A stretch of DNA of 64,000 nucleotides from an uncultured Acidobacteriota bacterium (lineage in GTDB: Bacteria; Acidobacteriota; Vicinamibacteria; Vicinamibacterales; CAVVIG01). The stretch lies in contig CAWEDP010000002.1 of assembly GCA_963807925.1 (NCBI GenBank), forward strand, positions 1,584,451 to 1,648,450, in the 5' to 3' direction. The notes beneath the pieces are model-generated. The model ran no database searches and was not told the DNA's origin. It saw only the letters and a program-made list of their open reading frames with translations. The translations under genes and the position numbers were made by a program. Shown here piece by piece: positions 12,908 to 25,654 of this stretch; positions within the stretch are counted from its first letter, which is position 1; every line of letters starts with the position of its first letter.

Positions 12908-13366
12908 TCAGACGCGTCCCGTCCAGGCGCCAATCGCTGCGTTGCCGCCGCCGTAGGAATGCAGAATCGCCAGCGCGTCGGCGGCCCGCGGTTCGGTGCG
13001 AATGGCGACGAGCACCCCCCCGCGCGCCGTCAGCACCTCGAAAATCCGGCCGTCGTGCGGCTGAAAGCCCACCTTGCGCATCGTGCCCGACAATCCCGCT
13101 GTCGCGAGATCGCCGCGCGCGCCCTGCAGCGCGTCGATCAACGGGCCGCGCGCCAGCGCCGGGCCGACCGCGGCGAGCTCGAGGCGGTGGCCTGCGCCGC
13201 CGAGCGCCTGCTGAATCAGCTCTGCCATCCCGGGGTCCTCTTTCCCGACAATCGTCAGCGACTCGGGAGGGAAACCCGCCTCCTGAAGCGCCTGGAGACC
13301 CTTTCGAGCCCATACGACGTCCTGGAACACGGCGACCGTGAAGCGTCCGGCTTCGACCTCGACCAT
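12908..13366 (-). CDS. hypothetical protein, possibly general-stress-protein-17M/YflT-like (two repeated alpha/beta modules)
   Basis: Start at ATG 13366: MVEVEAGRFTVAVFQDVVWARKGLQALQEAGFPPESLTIVGKE... and a second module GGVLVAIRTEPRAADALAILHSYGG. The family assignment is from memory only. Confidence 0.45.
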   Translation of the reverse strand: MVEVEAGRFTVAVFQDVVWARKGLQALQEAGFPPESLTIVGKEDPGMAELIQQALGGAGHRLELAAVGPALARGPLIDALQGARGDLATAGLSGTMRKVGFQPHDGRIFEVLTARGGVLVAIRTEPRAADALAILHSYGGGNAAIGAWTGRV

Positions 13367-13481
13367 CCGCGGTACTGTATCACGGAGAAATTGGCAGTCT
13401 ACAATCCACAATTTGCGCGGTGAACACGCTGCCGCATCATCCACGCGCCGATCGGTCAATTGTGCACGTCAACTGTGAATT

Positions 13482-14663
13482 GTGACTGCCGACGTCGCGA
13501 TCATCGGAGCCGGACCGGCCGGCGCGTGGGCGGCGCGCGAGCTCGCCCGACACGGCGCGCGCGTGCTGTTGATCGACGGTTCGCATCCGCGCGAGAAGCC
13601 GTGCGGCGGCGGCGTCACCGGACGGGCGCTGCACCTGGTCCGCGACGCGTTCGACACGTCGCCGCCCGCGGTGTCCATCCGGTCCGCGCGCTTCGCCAAT
13701 CTCGCCTCCGACCGATTCGCCGACGTCGATCTCCCTCCGGACGCCCTCATCGTCGCCAGTCGCAGGGAGCTCGATCAACGCCTCTTCGACGCAGCCCTCC
13801 GCGCCGGCGCGCAGTGGATTGCGGCGCGAGCGACGGAGGTGCGGCACGCCGACGACGGGTTCATCGTCGCGACCCCAGGCGGGCATCATCGCGCACGCCT
13901 GATCGTCGGCGCCGACGGCGCCAACAGCCTGGTGCGGCGGCGGCTCGCCCTGCCGTTTCGTCGCGATCAGCTCTCGATTGCCACAGGCTTCTTCGCGCAC
14001 GGCGTCACGGCCGATCGCATTCTCGTGGAGTTCGTCACCGACCCGCCCGGCTACATCTGGTCGTTTCCGCGCCGCGATCATCTGGCCATCGGCATCTGTG
14101 CCCAGGCGGACTCCGGCGTGACCTCGGGCGGTCTGCGCGAGCTGACGGCGCGGTGGATGGAACGACGCGGACTCGCGGCACCTGCGGGCCTCGAGCCGTA
14201 CTCGTGGCCGATTCCGTCGCTTGCCGCCTCCGAGCTCGAGTCGCTGCAACCTTCCGGGGCCGGGTGGTTCCTCGTCGGCGATGCGGCGGGACTGGTCGAT
14301 CCGCTCACGAGGGAGGGCATTTACTTCGCGCTCGCGTCGGCCCAATGGGCCGCCGAAGCCATAGGGGCGGACCGCCACGTCGCGCCGTGGCACGCCTACG
14401 CGGCGCGGGTCCGGCACGAGCTGGGCCACGAGCTCGCGATCGCCGCCCGCCTGAAGCGGCGCTTCTTTCGCCCGCAGTTCACCCGGCTCCTGGTCGAGGC
14501 GCTCCGCCGGAGCGCCTCGGTCCGCGCCGTGATGGCCGACCTGGTTGCCGGAGAGCAGCCCTACGGGACGCTGAAGCGACGGCTCGTGAAAACGCTGCAC
14601 GTCGGTCTCGCGGCCCGACTCCTGCTCATGGAGCGGCAGGGAGGCCGGCACGGGATGGCATAA
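13482..14663 (+). CDS. FAD-dependent oxidoreductase, geranylgeranyl reductase family
   Basis: GTG start. MTADVAIIGAGPAGAWAARELARHGARVLLIDGSHPREKPCGGGV (GxGxxG dinucleotide fold plus the KPCGGG motif). Confidence 0.8.
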   Translation: MTADVAIIGAGPAGAWAARELARHGARVLLIDGSHPREKPCGGGVTGRALHLVRDAFDTSPPAVSIRSARFANLASDRFADVDLPPDALIVASRRELDQRLFDAALRAGAQWIAARATEVRHADDGFIVATPGGHHRARLIVGADGANSLVRRRLALPFRRDQLSIATGFFAHGVTADRILVEFVTDPPGYIWSFPRRDHLAIGICAQADSGVTSGGLRELTARWMERRGLAAPAGLEPYSWPIPSLAASELESLQPSGAGWFLVGDAAGLVDPLTREGIYFALASAQWAAEAIGADRHVAPWHAYAARVRHELGHELAIAARLKRRFFRPQFTRLLVEALRRSASVRAVMADLVAGEQPYGTLKRRLVKTLHVGLAARLLLMERQGGRHGMA

Positions 14664-14686
14664 CACGAACGTAAAGACAGCCAAGG

Positions 14687-14695
14687 TGGTACAAT
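14687..14695 (+). promoter_or_regulatory. extended -10 element upstream of tatA
   Basis: TGgTACAAT, 29 nt upstream of the tatA ATG. AAGGAG Shine-Dalgarno at 14712-14717. No good -35. Confidence 0.35.
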
Positions 14696-14723
14696 CGCTC
14701 AACGCGGTCAGAAGGAGTTCCAC

Positions 14724-14879
14724 ATGAATCTCGGCTTGCCCGAGCTGCTCGTCATCCTGTTCATCGTGATCCTGATCTTCGGCGCGAACAAGCTGCCGCA
14801 GCTCGGGCGCGGCGTTGGCGGCGCGATCCGCAACTTCAAGGAAGGGATGAAGGACGGCGAGGCCAATCCGAAGTCATAG
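14724..14879 (+). CDS. tatA: twin-arginine translocase subunit TatA/E
   Basis: Own translation (too short for the ORF track): [51 protein letters not shown], preceded by AAGGAG. Confidence 0.85.
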   Translation: MNLGLPELLVILFIVILIFGANKLPQLGRGVGGAIRNFKEGMKDGEANPKS

Positions 14880-16827
14880 AATCACTCGGACGTCTCCCGT
14901 CCGACGGGTGACCCGCTCGCGATCCAGATATTCGAGCAGTGGAATCGCGAACTTCCGCGTCACGCCGAACCGTTCCTTGAACGCCGGCACGTCGATGACG
15001 CCGGCGCCGGCGTCCTTCATGGCGTACATGTCGATCTTCAGCCGCTCCAGCGCGTCGGCGTGAAACGGGAGCGTCTCGATCTTTACCACCACCTTGTCGC
15101 GCTGCAGGAGCCGGATCACCTGATCGACGACCTCTGGCGGCACCCCGCTCGAGGCGGCCAGGGCGCCGGGGTCGAGCGGTGTCAGGCCGCCGTCCCGGAT
15201 CAGTCGCTCGATGGCCCCCCTCGCCTCGGCGGCGGCAGTCGGCCATTCGACGTGATGGGTCGGCAGCGACAGGCGGTCGCGCGCGACCGCGGCGCCCGAC
15301 GCCGCAAGATCCTCCACCGCGCGCTCGAAGACCGAAGGATGGCCACGCCCGCACAGGCGCGTGCGGGCCTCCTCCCGGGCAAGACCCTCCGACAGCGGAT
15401 GGCGCCGATGGTGTTCGGCCAGCGCGGCCATGAGGTCCGCTTCGAGGCGCGCGAGAAGGGGCGCCGAGACCAGGCGTCCGTCGATCTCGACGGCATGTCC
15501 GCCCGCCACCAACGCGCGCACGTGCTGTGACAGACGCTCCGGCGGCATGCCGGCGCGCGCGATGAGATGGCTGATTGGCAGCCCGAGCAGTCCCGCCTCG
15601 TCGAGAAAGACTCTCGCCGCTCGAGTCGGCGCGTCGGATCCATCTGCCTCCCCGGATCCATCTGCCTCCTCGTCGAGACGGCGGCACCGCTCCAGCGCCT
15701 TGTCGCTTCGAATCGCCGTCCGCGGCGGCGGCAGCGGATCGAGCACCGCGCCGCCGGCGATCGTCCGCGGCGGCGAATAGCTGCGAATGATGAACCGATC
15801 GCCGCGGACCAGGGCGGCCGGCTGCTCGAGACGCAGGCGCACGTAGCCGCGGGTTCCGGGCCCGAGCGCCCGTCGGCTCCGCTCCTCGCCCGGTTGCTCG
15901 ACCGGACCGACGACGGCCACACGCGCGAGGAGCTCTGCCGTTCCCTGGTGGAACCGGACTCTCGCCGCGTGCGCAATGGGTCTCGCGTCGGGCAGGACGT
16001 CGACCACCGCATCCACGATCCGGGTTTCCACGGTCGCGTCGGGCGCCGTCAGCGACTGGCCGCGGTGCAGCGCGTCCACGGCGACCCCGCCCAGGTTCAG
16101 GGCCACCCGTTCCCCTGCCACCGCTTCGGACCGGCTGGTCCCGTGCACCTGCAGACCGCGAACCTTGACGCGCCGATCCCCAGGAACGACCCGCAGGTCG
16201 TCGTCCTGCGCCACGCGTCCCGACACGAGCGTGCCGGTGACGACGGTGCCGAATCCCTTCATCGAGAACACGCGGTCAACGGGCAGGCGGGTCGCGCCGG
16301 CGGCGGACCGGCCGGACGACTCTGCGCCGGCCTTCCGCAGCGCGACGCGCAGATCGTCGAGCCCCTCGCCGGTGCGCACCGAGACCGGCACGACGGGGGC
16401 GGCCGCCAGGAACGAGTGGTCCACCAGTTCGCGGACCTCGAGGCGTACGAGATCCAGCGTCTCCGCGTCGACGAGGTCGCTCTTGGTCAGGGCGATGATT
16501 CCGCGGGGGACGCGCAGCAGCCTGCAGATGTCGAAGTGCTCCCGCGTCTGCGGCATGACCGACTCGTCGGCCGCCACCACGAGGAGGACGAGGTCGATCC
16601 CGCCGACGCCGGCGAGCATGTTGCGGACGAACCGCTCGTGTCCGGGCACGTCGACGAACGCCACGTTGAGACCGTCGAGGACGAGGTGCGCGAACCCGAG
16701 AATCGATGGTGATCCCGCGCGCCTTTTCCTCCTTCAACCGGTCGGGATCGATCCCGGTCAGCGCGTGGACCAGCGCGCTCTTGCCGTGATCGATGTGGCC
16801 GGCCGTACCGACGACGATCGATTTCAT
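14874..16827 (-). pseudogene. selB: selenocysteine-specific elongation factor SelB; frame broken by a 1-nt insertion as sequenced
   Basis: [42 protein letters not shown] (track ORF 16276..16827) continues as [24 protein letters not shown]... in track ORF 14874..16664. The break is an extra T in GAT[T]CTC (plus 16701-16702). Span 1954 nt = 3n+1. C-terminal winged-helix region FKERFGVTRKFAIPLLEYLDRERVTRR. Confidence 0.85.
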
Positions 16828-16869
16828 GTCGACACGGGGCGACCGCCGCAGCGGAGCGCGGACACGACC

Positions 16870-19131
16870 CTAGCGCCGCGGGCCGCGCTTGCGGGTCGCG
16901 CGCTCTTGCCGGCCGGGCCGCCCGCTCGGACGCCGTCGCGGGGGCGTCGGCGCCGCCTTGCTGCGCCTCGGGCCGCGGACCCCCTCGCGGACCTGCTCGA
17001 GGATCTCCACCAGGCCGAGATCGATCTGGCGGATGTCCATGTTGACGCGAATCACCTGAACGCGCACCTTGTCGCCGAGGCGATAGACCTTCCGGGTATT
17101 CTCCCCCCGCAGCAGGTGCGCATCGTCGAGGAACCGGTAGTAGTCGTCGGCCATGGTCGAGACGTGGACGAGTCCCTCGACGTAGTGCTCGACGAGCTGC
17201 ACGAAGAGGCCGAATGCCGCGACGCCGGTGATGTATCCGTCGAATTCATCGCCGACCTTGTCGGCCATGAACTTCACCTTCTTCCACTGCAGCAGCTCGC
17301 GTTCGGCATCGTCGGCGCGGCGCTCCATCTCGGAGGTGTGTCGCGCCGTCTCGGGCAGATCCTCCGCCCACTCTTCGCGCGATTGATCCGTCAGCTGCCC
17401 GTGCCGTGACGCGCGCAGCGCGCGATGCACCACGAGATCGGGGTAGCGGCGGATCGGCGACGTGAAGTGCGTGTAGCTGGCGGCGGCAAGGCCGAAGTGG
17501 CCCAGGTTCTCCGGGGCGTACCGGGCCTTCTGCATCGTCCGGAGCATCAGGAACGCGATCGGCTTCTCTTCGGGCTTGCCGTGAATCCGCTCCAGCAGCT
17601 TCTGGAAGTGGCGGGGCCCGACAGCGGCGAGGGGGACCGCCAGGCTGTAGCCGAAGCCCGACACGAACTCCTCGAACTTGTCCACTTTGGCGATGTCCGG
17701 CTGCTCGTGGACGCGGTACAGCGCCGGCGCGCCCTGCTCGTCGAGGTAGGAGGCGACCGTCTCGTTGGCGATCAGCATGAACTCCTCGATCAGGCGGTGG
17801 GCGACGTTCCGTTCGAGCGCGATGATGGCCTCCACGACGCCGCCTTCGTCGACGACGACTTCCGCCTCGTTGAGGTCGAAGTCGATCGAACCGCGCTGCC
17901 GTCGCGCGTCGTGCAGGACGTGAAACAGCTCGTGCATCAACTGGAACATCGGGACGAGCGGCGCGTACTGGCGGATGAGATCGGGATCGCGGTCCGCGAG
18001 GATCCCGTTCACGGCCGTGTAGGTCATGCGCTCGGTGCTGTGGATGACGCCGTCGTGGAACTCGTGGCGGACGACGGTTCCCTGCCGGTTCACCTCCATC
18101 AGACACGACTGCACGAGCCGGTCGACGCGCGGGTTCAGGCTGCAGAGCCCGGTCGCCAGCTCCGAGGGAAACATGTGCACGGCGCGCTCGGGAAAGTAGA
18201 CCGACGTCCCACGCTCGTAGGCTTCGCGGTCGAGCGCGCTTCCCTCGCGCACGTAGTGCGACACGTCGGCGATGTGCACGCCCAGCCAGTAGTGGCCGTT
18301 CGGCAGCGCCTCGATGGTGATCGCATCGTCGAAGTCGCGGGCGTGCTCGCCGTCAATCGTGACGGTGGGCAGGTGGCGGAAATCGGTGCGGCCATGAAGG
18401 TCCTTCTCCGACACGGCGCCCCCAAGGCGCACCGCTTCGGCGACCGCCTCGTCGGAATGGGCGTCGGCAATCCCGTACTTGCGGATGATGATCTCGGTGT
18501 CGACGCCGGGGGCCTCGATGTCGCCCAGGACCTCGACGACGCGGCCGGTGGCGCTTCGCGTCGAGGTCGGCCACCTGGTGAGCTCCACGGTGACCATCTC
18601 GCCGGGCGAGGCGCCTCCCTCCTGTCCGGCGGGCACCACGATGTCCATCAGCACGCGCCGATCGAAGGGCGCGACGTACCCCATCTTGTTCTCGTCGCGA
18701 TCGTAGCGGCCCACGACGAGCGCGTTCGCGCGCTCGAGGATGCGGATGATGCGCCCCTCGGCGCGGCCCGCCTCCTTGATCTTCTCAATCCGCACGACGA
18801 CCCGATCGCCCTGCATCGCTTCGTTGAGATGCGGGCCCGACACGTAGATGTCGCCGCCGGCCGGCTCGAGCGGCCGCTCGGGCGTGACGAACCCGTACCC
18901 CGCCCGGTGCGTTTGAAGCCGGCCGACGTAGAGGTCCATCTTCTCGGGCAGCCCGAACCGGTGGCCCCGCGTCTGAATGAGATCGCCCGACGCCACGAGC
19001 GACGTCACGACGCGCTTGAAGGAGACGCGCTCGTCGCGCGGAATCTTGAGGATCTGCAGCAGCTCGCGCATCCCCGCGGGGTGATGCACCCGCTCGCGCA
19101 TCAGCGTCAGGATCTGGTCGCGTGAAAGCAT
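16870..19131 (-). CDS. rnr: ribonuclease R
   Basis: Track ORF of 753 aa: N-terminal HTH/CSD region, RNB core (...FDDAITIE...HIADVSHYV...[11 protein letters not shown]...), S1 domain ([15 protein letters not shown]), basic tail. Confidence 0.95.
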   Translation of the reverse strand: MLSRDQILTLMRERVHHPAGMRELLQILKIPRDERVSFKRVVTSLVASGDLIQTRGHRFGLPEKMDLYVGRLQTHRAGYGFVTPERPLEPAGGDIYVSGPHLNEAMQGDRVVVRIEKIKEAGRAEGRIIRILERANALVVGRYDRDENKMGYVAPFDRRVLMDIVVPAGQEGGASPGEMVTVELTRWPTSTRSATGRVVEVLGDIEAPGVDTEIIIRKYGIADAHSDEAVAEAVRLGGAVSEKDLHGRTDFRHLPTVTIDGEHARDFDDAITIEALPNGHYWLGVHIADVSHYVREGSALDREAYERGTSVYFPERAVHMFPSELATGLCSLNPRVDRLVQSCLMEVNRQGTVVRHEFHDGVIHSTERMTYTAVNGILADRDPDLIRQYAPLVPMFQLMHELFHVLHDARRQRGSIDFDLNEAEVVVDEGGVVEAIIALERNVAHRLIEEFMLIANETVASYLDEQGAPALYRVHEQPDIAKVDKFEEFVSGFGYSLAVPLAAVGPRHFQKLLERIHGKPEEKPIAFLMLRTMQKARYAPENLGHFGLAAASYTHFTSPIRRYPDLVVHRALRASRHGQLTDQSREEWAEDLPETARHTSEMERRADDAERELLQWKKVKFMADKVGDEFDGYITGVAAFGLFVQLVEHYVEGLVHVSTMADDYYRFLDDAHLLRGENTRKVYRLGDKVRVQVIRVNMDIRQIDLGLVEILEQVREGVRGPRRSKAAPTPPRRRPSGRPGRQERATRKRGPRR

Positions 19132-19203
19132 CTGGTCTGACTTATACAGGAAATGTGGCGTGCCCGTTCGTGCGACCGCCTCGATCGCACGCGGCGATTC
19201 GAC

Positions 19204-20493
19204 TCAGCCACACAGCACAATCTGGAGGTCGCCGACGTTGGTGTCGGTCGCGCCGATCCTGATGAGATCGCCGAGGCGGTCGAAGAACGTGTACGCGTCG
19301 TTGTTGGCGAGGAACGGCGAGACCTCGAGCGACGCCGCCGTGGCCCTGGCCACCGTCGACGAGTCCGCGATCGCTCCGGCCGCATCGGTCGGGCCGTCGA
19401 TCCCGTCGGTCCCCACGCTCGCCACGGCCACGGTTCCGGGACTCGCCGCGAGAAAGGGCGCGGCGGCGAGCGCGAATTCCTGGTTACGTCCGCCTTTGCC
19501 CGACCCGGTGACGTGCACGACGGTCTCGCCGCTCGACACGACACAGGTCGGCCGGGACGCGTCAGCCGCGCGCGCGAGCGCGGCGCCGAGATGCGACGGC
19601 GCGGCGACCCGCGCCTCCCCCACGACCGGCTCCTCCATCCGCACGACCCGGTAGCCGCGGCGGGCCGCTGCGCGGGCGGCGCCGTCCATCGCGTCGCGCC
19701 GTCCGCCAATCACCGAGGCCGTCGCGTGCGCCAGACGAGGATCGCCCGGTTTGGGCGTTTCGGCGATCGTCCCGGCCGCCCCGAGGCGCAGCCGCTCGAC
19801 CACCCGCGCCGGAAATTCGTTCCATCCGCCGAACCGTCGCAGAACCTCGAGGGCATCGCCGAACGTCGTCGGGTCGGCGACCGTGGGTCCCGACGCGATC
19901 ACGCTCAGGTCGTCGCCGACGACGTCTGAAATGGCGAGCGTCGCCGACGGGCGCGGCGCCGCGGCGGCGAGCTGTCCGCCCTTGATCGCCGAGATGTGCT
20001 TGCGGACCGTGTTCAGCGCATGGATGTCCGCACCCGCTTTCAGCAGACGATCGCTGGTGCGCTGCTTGTCCTCGAGCGTGACGCCGTCGGCAGGGACCGC
20101 CATGATCGCGGATCCGCCGCCGGAGAGCAGGACGAGCAGCCACTCGTCGCCGGCCGCCGACGCGGCGAAGCGGAGCGCGGCGCGTCCCGCCCGCTCGCTG
20201 GCCGCGTCCGGCACCGGATGGGCTCCCCGAAGGGCGCGAAAGCCGGGCACCGCGTCTCCCTCGACGTGACTGATGACGAGACCGTGTCGAATCACCGGCC
20301 CGAGCCGGCGGGACGCGGCGGCCGCCATCGCGTGGGCCGCCTTTCCGGCCGCGAGGACCCGCAGCGGGCCCCACGCGCGCGCGCGATCGTCGGCCAGCGC
20401 GCGCTCGACGAGCGTGGATGCGCTGACACTGGCAATGCCGGCGCGCAGGATCGCGCGCGCATCGGACCGAAGCGTCTCGAGAGTGGCTGTCAG
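19204..20493 (-). CDS. glycerate 2-kinase / hydroxypyruvate-reductase-type protein (DUF4147 + MOFRL)
   Basis: LRVLAAGKAAHAMAAAA...LLVLLSGGGSAIMAVP...NTVRKHISAIKGGQLA...SGETVVHVTGSGKGGRNQEFALAAA...GTDGIDGPTDAAGAI. The conserved N-terminus (TATLETLRSDARAILRAGIASV) lies upstream of the first ATG (20328). The only candidate start is CTG at comp. 20491-20493. Confidence 0.8.
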   Translation of the reverse strand: MTATLETLRSDARAILRAGIASVSASTLVERALADDRARAWGPLRVLAAGKAAHAMAAAASRRLGPVIRHGLVISHVEGDAVPGFRALRGAHPVPDAASERAGRAALRFAASAAGDEWLLVLLSGGGSAIMAVPADGVTLEDKQRTSDRLLKAGADIHALNTVRKHISAIKGGQLAAAAPRPSATLAISDVVGDDLSVIASGPTVADPTTFGDALEVLRRFGGWNEFPARVVERLRLGAAGTIAETPKPGDPRLAHATASVIGGRRDAMDGAARAAARRGYRVVRMEEPVVGEARVAAPSHLGAALARAADASRPTCVVSSGETVVHVTGSGKGGRNQEFALAAAPFLAASPGTVAVASVGTDGIDGPTDAAGAIADSSTVARATAASLEVSPFLANNDAYTFFDRLGDLIRIGATDTNVGDLQIVLCG

Positions 20494-20774
20494 TGGGTTT
20501 GCTTGGGTTCGGACCAGGAAGAAAGGCCGGTGACGACGTCGAACTTCTTGAGGAGGGCGCTTACGAGCTCGTCAGCGTTGTCCTTGGAACACAGCTGCTC
20601 GAGCTGCCCCATGATTCGGGTGAGCGCCGCGTCCACGTCGGTGATGGCGCTCTCCGAATAGTAGGGTCGATGACGCTGGAGACATTGCTTGTGTTTCAGG
20701 AATTCCTGCCGGTAGAACTCGGTGAGCGGGCGCTGCGCGCTGGTCGGCCTCGATGCAGAAACGAAGCGTGGCAT
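20490..20774 (-). CDS. hypothetical 94-aa protein (orphan)
   Basis: Track ORF MPRFVSASRPTSAQRPLTEFYRQEFLKHKQCLQRH... with coding-like GC3, AGAGGA Shine-Dalgarno 7 nt upstream, and its own promoter-like element. I recognise no family. Confidence 0.5.
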   Translation of the reverse strand: MPRFVSASRPTSAQRPLTEFYRQEFLKHKQCLQRHRPYYSESAITDVDAALTRIMGQLEQLCSKDNADELVSALLKKFDVVTGLSSWSEPKQTH

Positions 20775-20807
20775 GCAGATCCTCTGAGTGATGACGTGTG
20801 CAGTTCA

Positions 20808-20836
20808 GTGTAAGGCGGTCGGAAAATCGCTGTCAA
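20808..20836 (-). promoter_or_regulatory. sigma70-like promoter for the 94-aa ORF / glycerate kinase
   Basis: Minus strand: TTGACA (comp. 20831-20836), 17-nt spacer, TTACAC (comp. 20808-20813). Confidence 0.45.
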
Positions 20837-20895
20837 GGACCTGTAAGCTCCAGCGCCGTCGCACGGCAACCCGCACGGCGAGGGAGGGGCACCGG

Positions 20896-21780
20896 TCAGC
20901 GGCTCCACGCGGCCACCACACCACCCGCGCACCCGACCAGCATTCCACCCACCAGCACGAGTCCGCAAAGCTCGAGCGGGAGGAAGCGCACCGACGCCAA
21001 ATCAATCGTCGGGGCGAGCGGTGTGAGGTAGCGCGCGCGCAGGGCCGCGTAGCCGGCAAGCAACGCCGCCAACGCCAGGAGCGCGCCGGCGCCGCCCTCG
21101 ACGATGCCTTCCACCACGAACGGTCCGCGGATGTAGATACCAGGTGCGCCGACGAGCTGCATGATCTCGAGCTCATCCTTCCGTGCGTGAAGCGCGAGCC
21201 GTACGACATTTGCCACCGTCAGCGCCGCCGCCGCGGCCAGAATCAGCCCCAGCGCGACCCCGACGCCGCGAATGGCGCGGACCAGGGCCAGCAGACGGTC
21301 GAGCCACTGCGCGTCGTACCGCACGTCGGACACACCGGTCAGCCGCCGGACGCTCCCGGACAGCCCTCGAGCCGCGTCGCTCGAGCGGCTGCCGCCCTTG
21401 AGCCGCACCTCGAAGGAGGCGGGCAGCGGATTGTCCCCGACGCTATCGATCGTGGTCGCCAGCTCGCCGAAGGTCTGCTTGAACCGCTTCAACGCCTCGT
21501 CCTTCGAGATGTACTCGCGCGCCTCGACCGCCGCGTCCGCCGCGAGCGTCCGGTCGATCGCCTCGCGATCGGCGGCGGTCACATCGTCCTGCAGGTAGAC
21601 CGACAGTTCGGCCGTACGGCTCCACTCGCCGGCGAGCCGCTCGAGGTTCGACGTCACGAGCAGGAAGCCGCCGACGACGAAGAGCGCGAGCGCGATCGTG
21701 ACCGTCGAGAGCAGCCCCGACCGGCCGCCGCGCCAGATGCTCGTCATCGCCTCGTCCAGCGCATAGCGCAGAGCGCGCAC
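20896..21780 (-). CDS. ftsX: cell-division ABC transporter permease FtsX
   Basis: MRALRYALDEAMTSIWRGGRSGLLSTVTIALALFVVGGF..., periplasmic domain, C-terminal 3 TM helices. Directly follows ftsE. Confidence 0.9.
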   Translation of the reverse strand: MRALRYALDEAMTSIWRGGRSGLLSTVTIALALFVVGGFLLVTSNLERLAGEWSRTAELSVYLQDDVTAADREAIDRTLAADAAVEAREYISKDEALKRFKQTFGELATTIDSVGDNPLPASFEVRLKGGSRSSDAARGLSGSVRRLTGVSDVRYDAQWLDRLLALVRAIRGVGVALGLILAAAAALTVANVVRLALHARKDELEIMQLVGAPGIYIRGPFVVEGIVEGGAGALLALAALLAGYAALRARYLTPLAPTIDLASVRFLPLELCGLVLVGGMLVGCAGGVVAAWSR

Positions 21781-21787
21781 TGGAAGC

Positions 21788-22443
21788 CTACCCTCCCTCG
21801 ACGAGCTGGCCGTGCTCGAGCGTCACCGCCCGCCGGCCGACCCGCTGAATGAGCTCGCGGTCGTGCGTGGCGACGAGGACCGTCGTGCCGCGCGCGTTGA
21901 TTTCGCGGAACAGGTTCATGATGTCGAGCGACAGATCGGGGTCGAGATTGCCCGTCGGCTCGTCGGCCAGCACGAGCTGCGGATCGTTGACCAGCGCGCG
22001 CGCGATCGCGACGCGCTGCTGCTCCCCGCCGGACAGCTCCTCGGGCAACGCGTTCATCCGATGCTGCAGGCCGACCCATTTCAGCACCTGGAAGGTCCGG
22101 CGCTGCTGGATGCCCAGCGCGACGCCGAGCACCCGCATCACGAACGCGACGTTCTGAAAGACCGTGAAGCGGGGAATCAGGCGGAAATCCTGGAAGACGA
22201 AGCCCAGCGTGCGGCGGTAGGCCTGCACCTCCGAGCCGCGCAGGGCGGCGAGATCGCGGCTGGCGACCTTCAGCGATCCGCCGGTCGGCAGATCCTCGCG
22301 CAGCAGCAGCCGGAGAAAGGTGGACTTGCCCGCCCCGCTCGGGCCGGTCAGGAACATGAACTCGCCCTTCTCGATCGTGAGCGACAGGTCCCGCAGCGCG
22401 AACATGCCGCGGCTGTACACCTTCGACAGGCGATGGGCCTCGA

Positions 22444-22447
<4 letters not shown>
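21788..22447 (-). CDS. ftsE: cell-division ATP-binding protein FtsE
   Basis: The GTG start (comp. 22445-22447) overlaps the true gatB stop. VIEAHRLSKVYSRGMFALRDLSLTIEKGEFMFLTGPSGAGKSTFLRLL...[16 protein letters not shown]...[10 protein letters not shown]. Confidence 0.9.
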
Positions 22448-23891
<1,444 letters not shown>

Positions 23892-23934
23892 GTCGGGATC
23901 AGGGATGAGCGCGGCCGCGCCCATCCCCGTCGGG

Positions 23935-25526
<1,592 letters not shown>

Positions 25527-25537
25527 GCAGGGGCTCC

Positions 25538-25564
25538 AAGGTCAAGAAGGTCAAGAAGGCCAAC
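25538..25564. repeat. three tandem 9-mers in the pckA 5' leader
   Basis: AAGGTCAAG AAGGTCAAG AAGGCCAAC on the plus strand, 12 nt upstream of the pckA start codon. Confidence 0.8.
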
Positions 25565-25654
25565 AGTATAGGTAGAATTCTCGCATCGTAACCGCCGGCT
25601 GAATCTCAAGTCAACAATTCCGGCGGGATACGGTAGACTGTAAACGGCCGTTTT

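Noticed and set aside
13391-13417. TTGGCAGTC upstream of the stress-protein-like gene, identical to the left arm of CIRCE-like repeat 1
   Set aside because: No complementary right arm follows at N9 (CAATTTGCG instead of GACTGCCAA). A single 9-mer half-site is not enough to call an HrcA operator.
16695-16705. Possible programmed frameshift in selB
   Set aside because: There is no slippery heptamer, stimulatory hairpin or conserved precedent. The site is in the universally conserved RGITIDLGF motif of the GTPase domain, and the same kind of single-base gain is seen in nine other unrelated genes.
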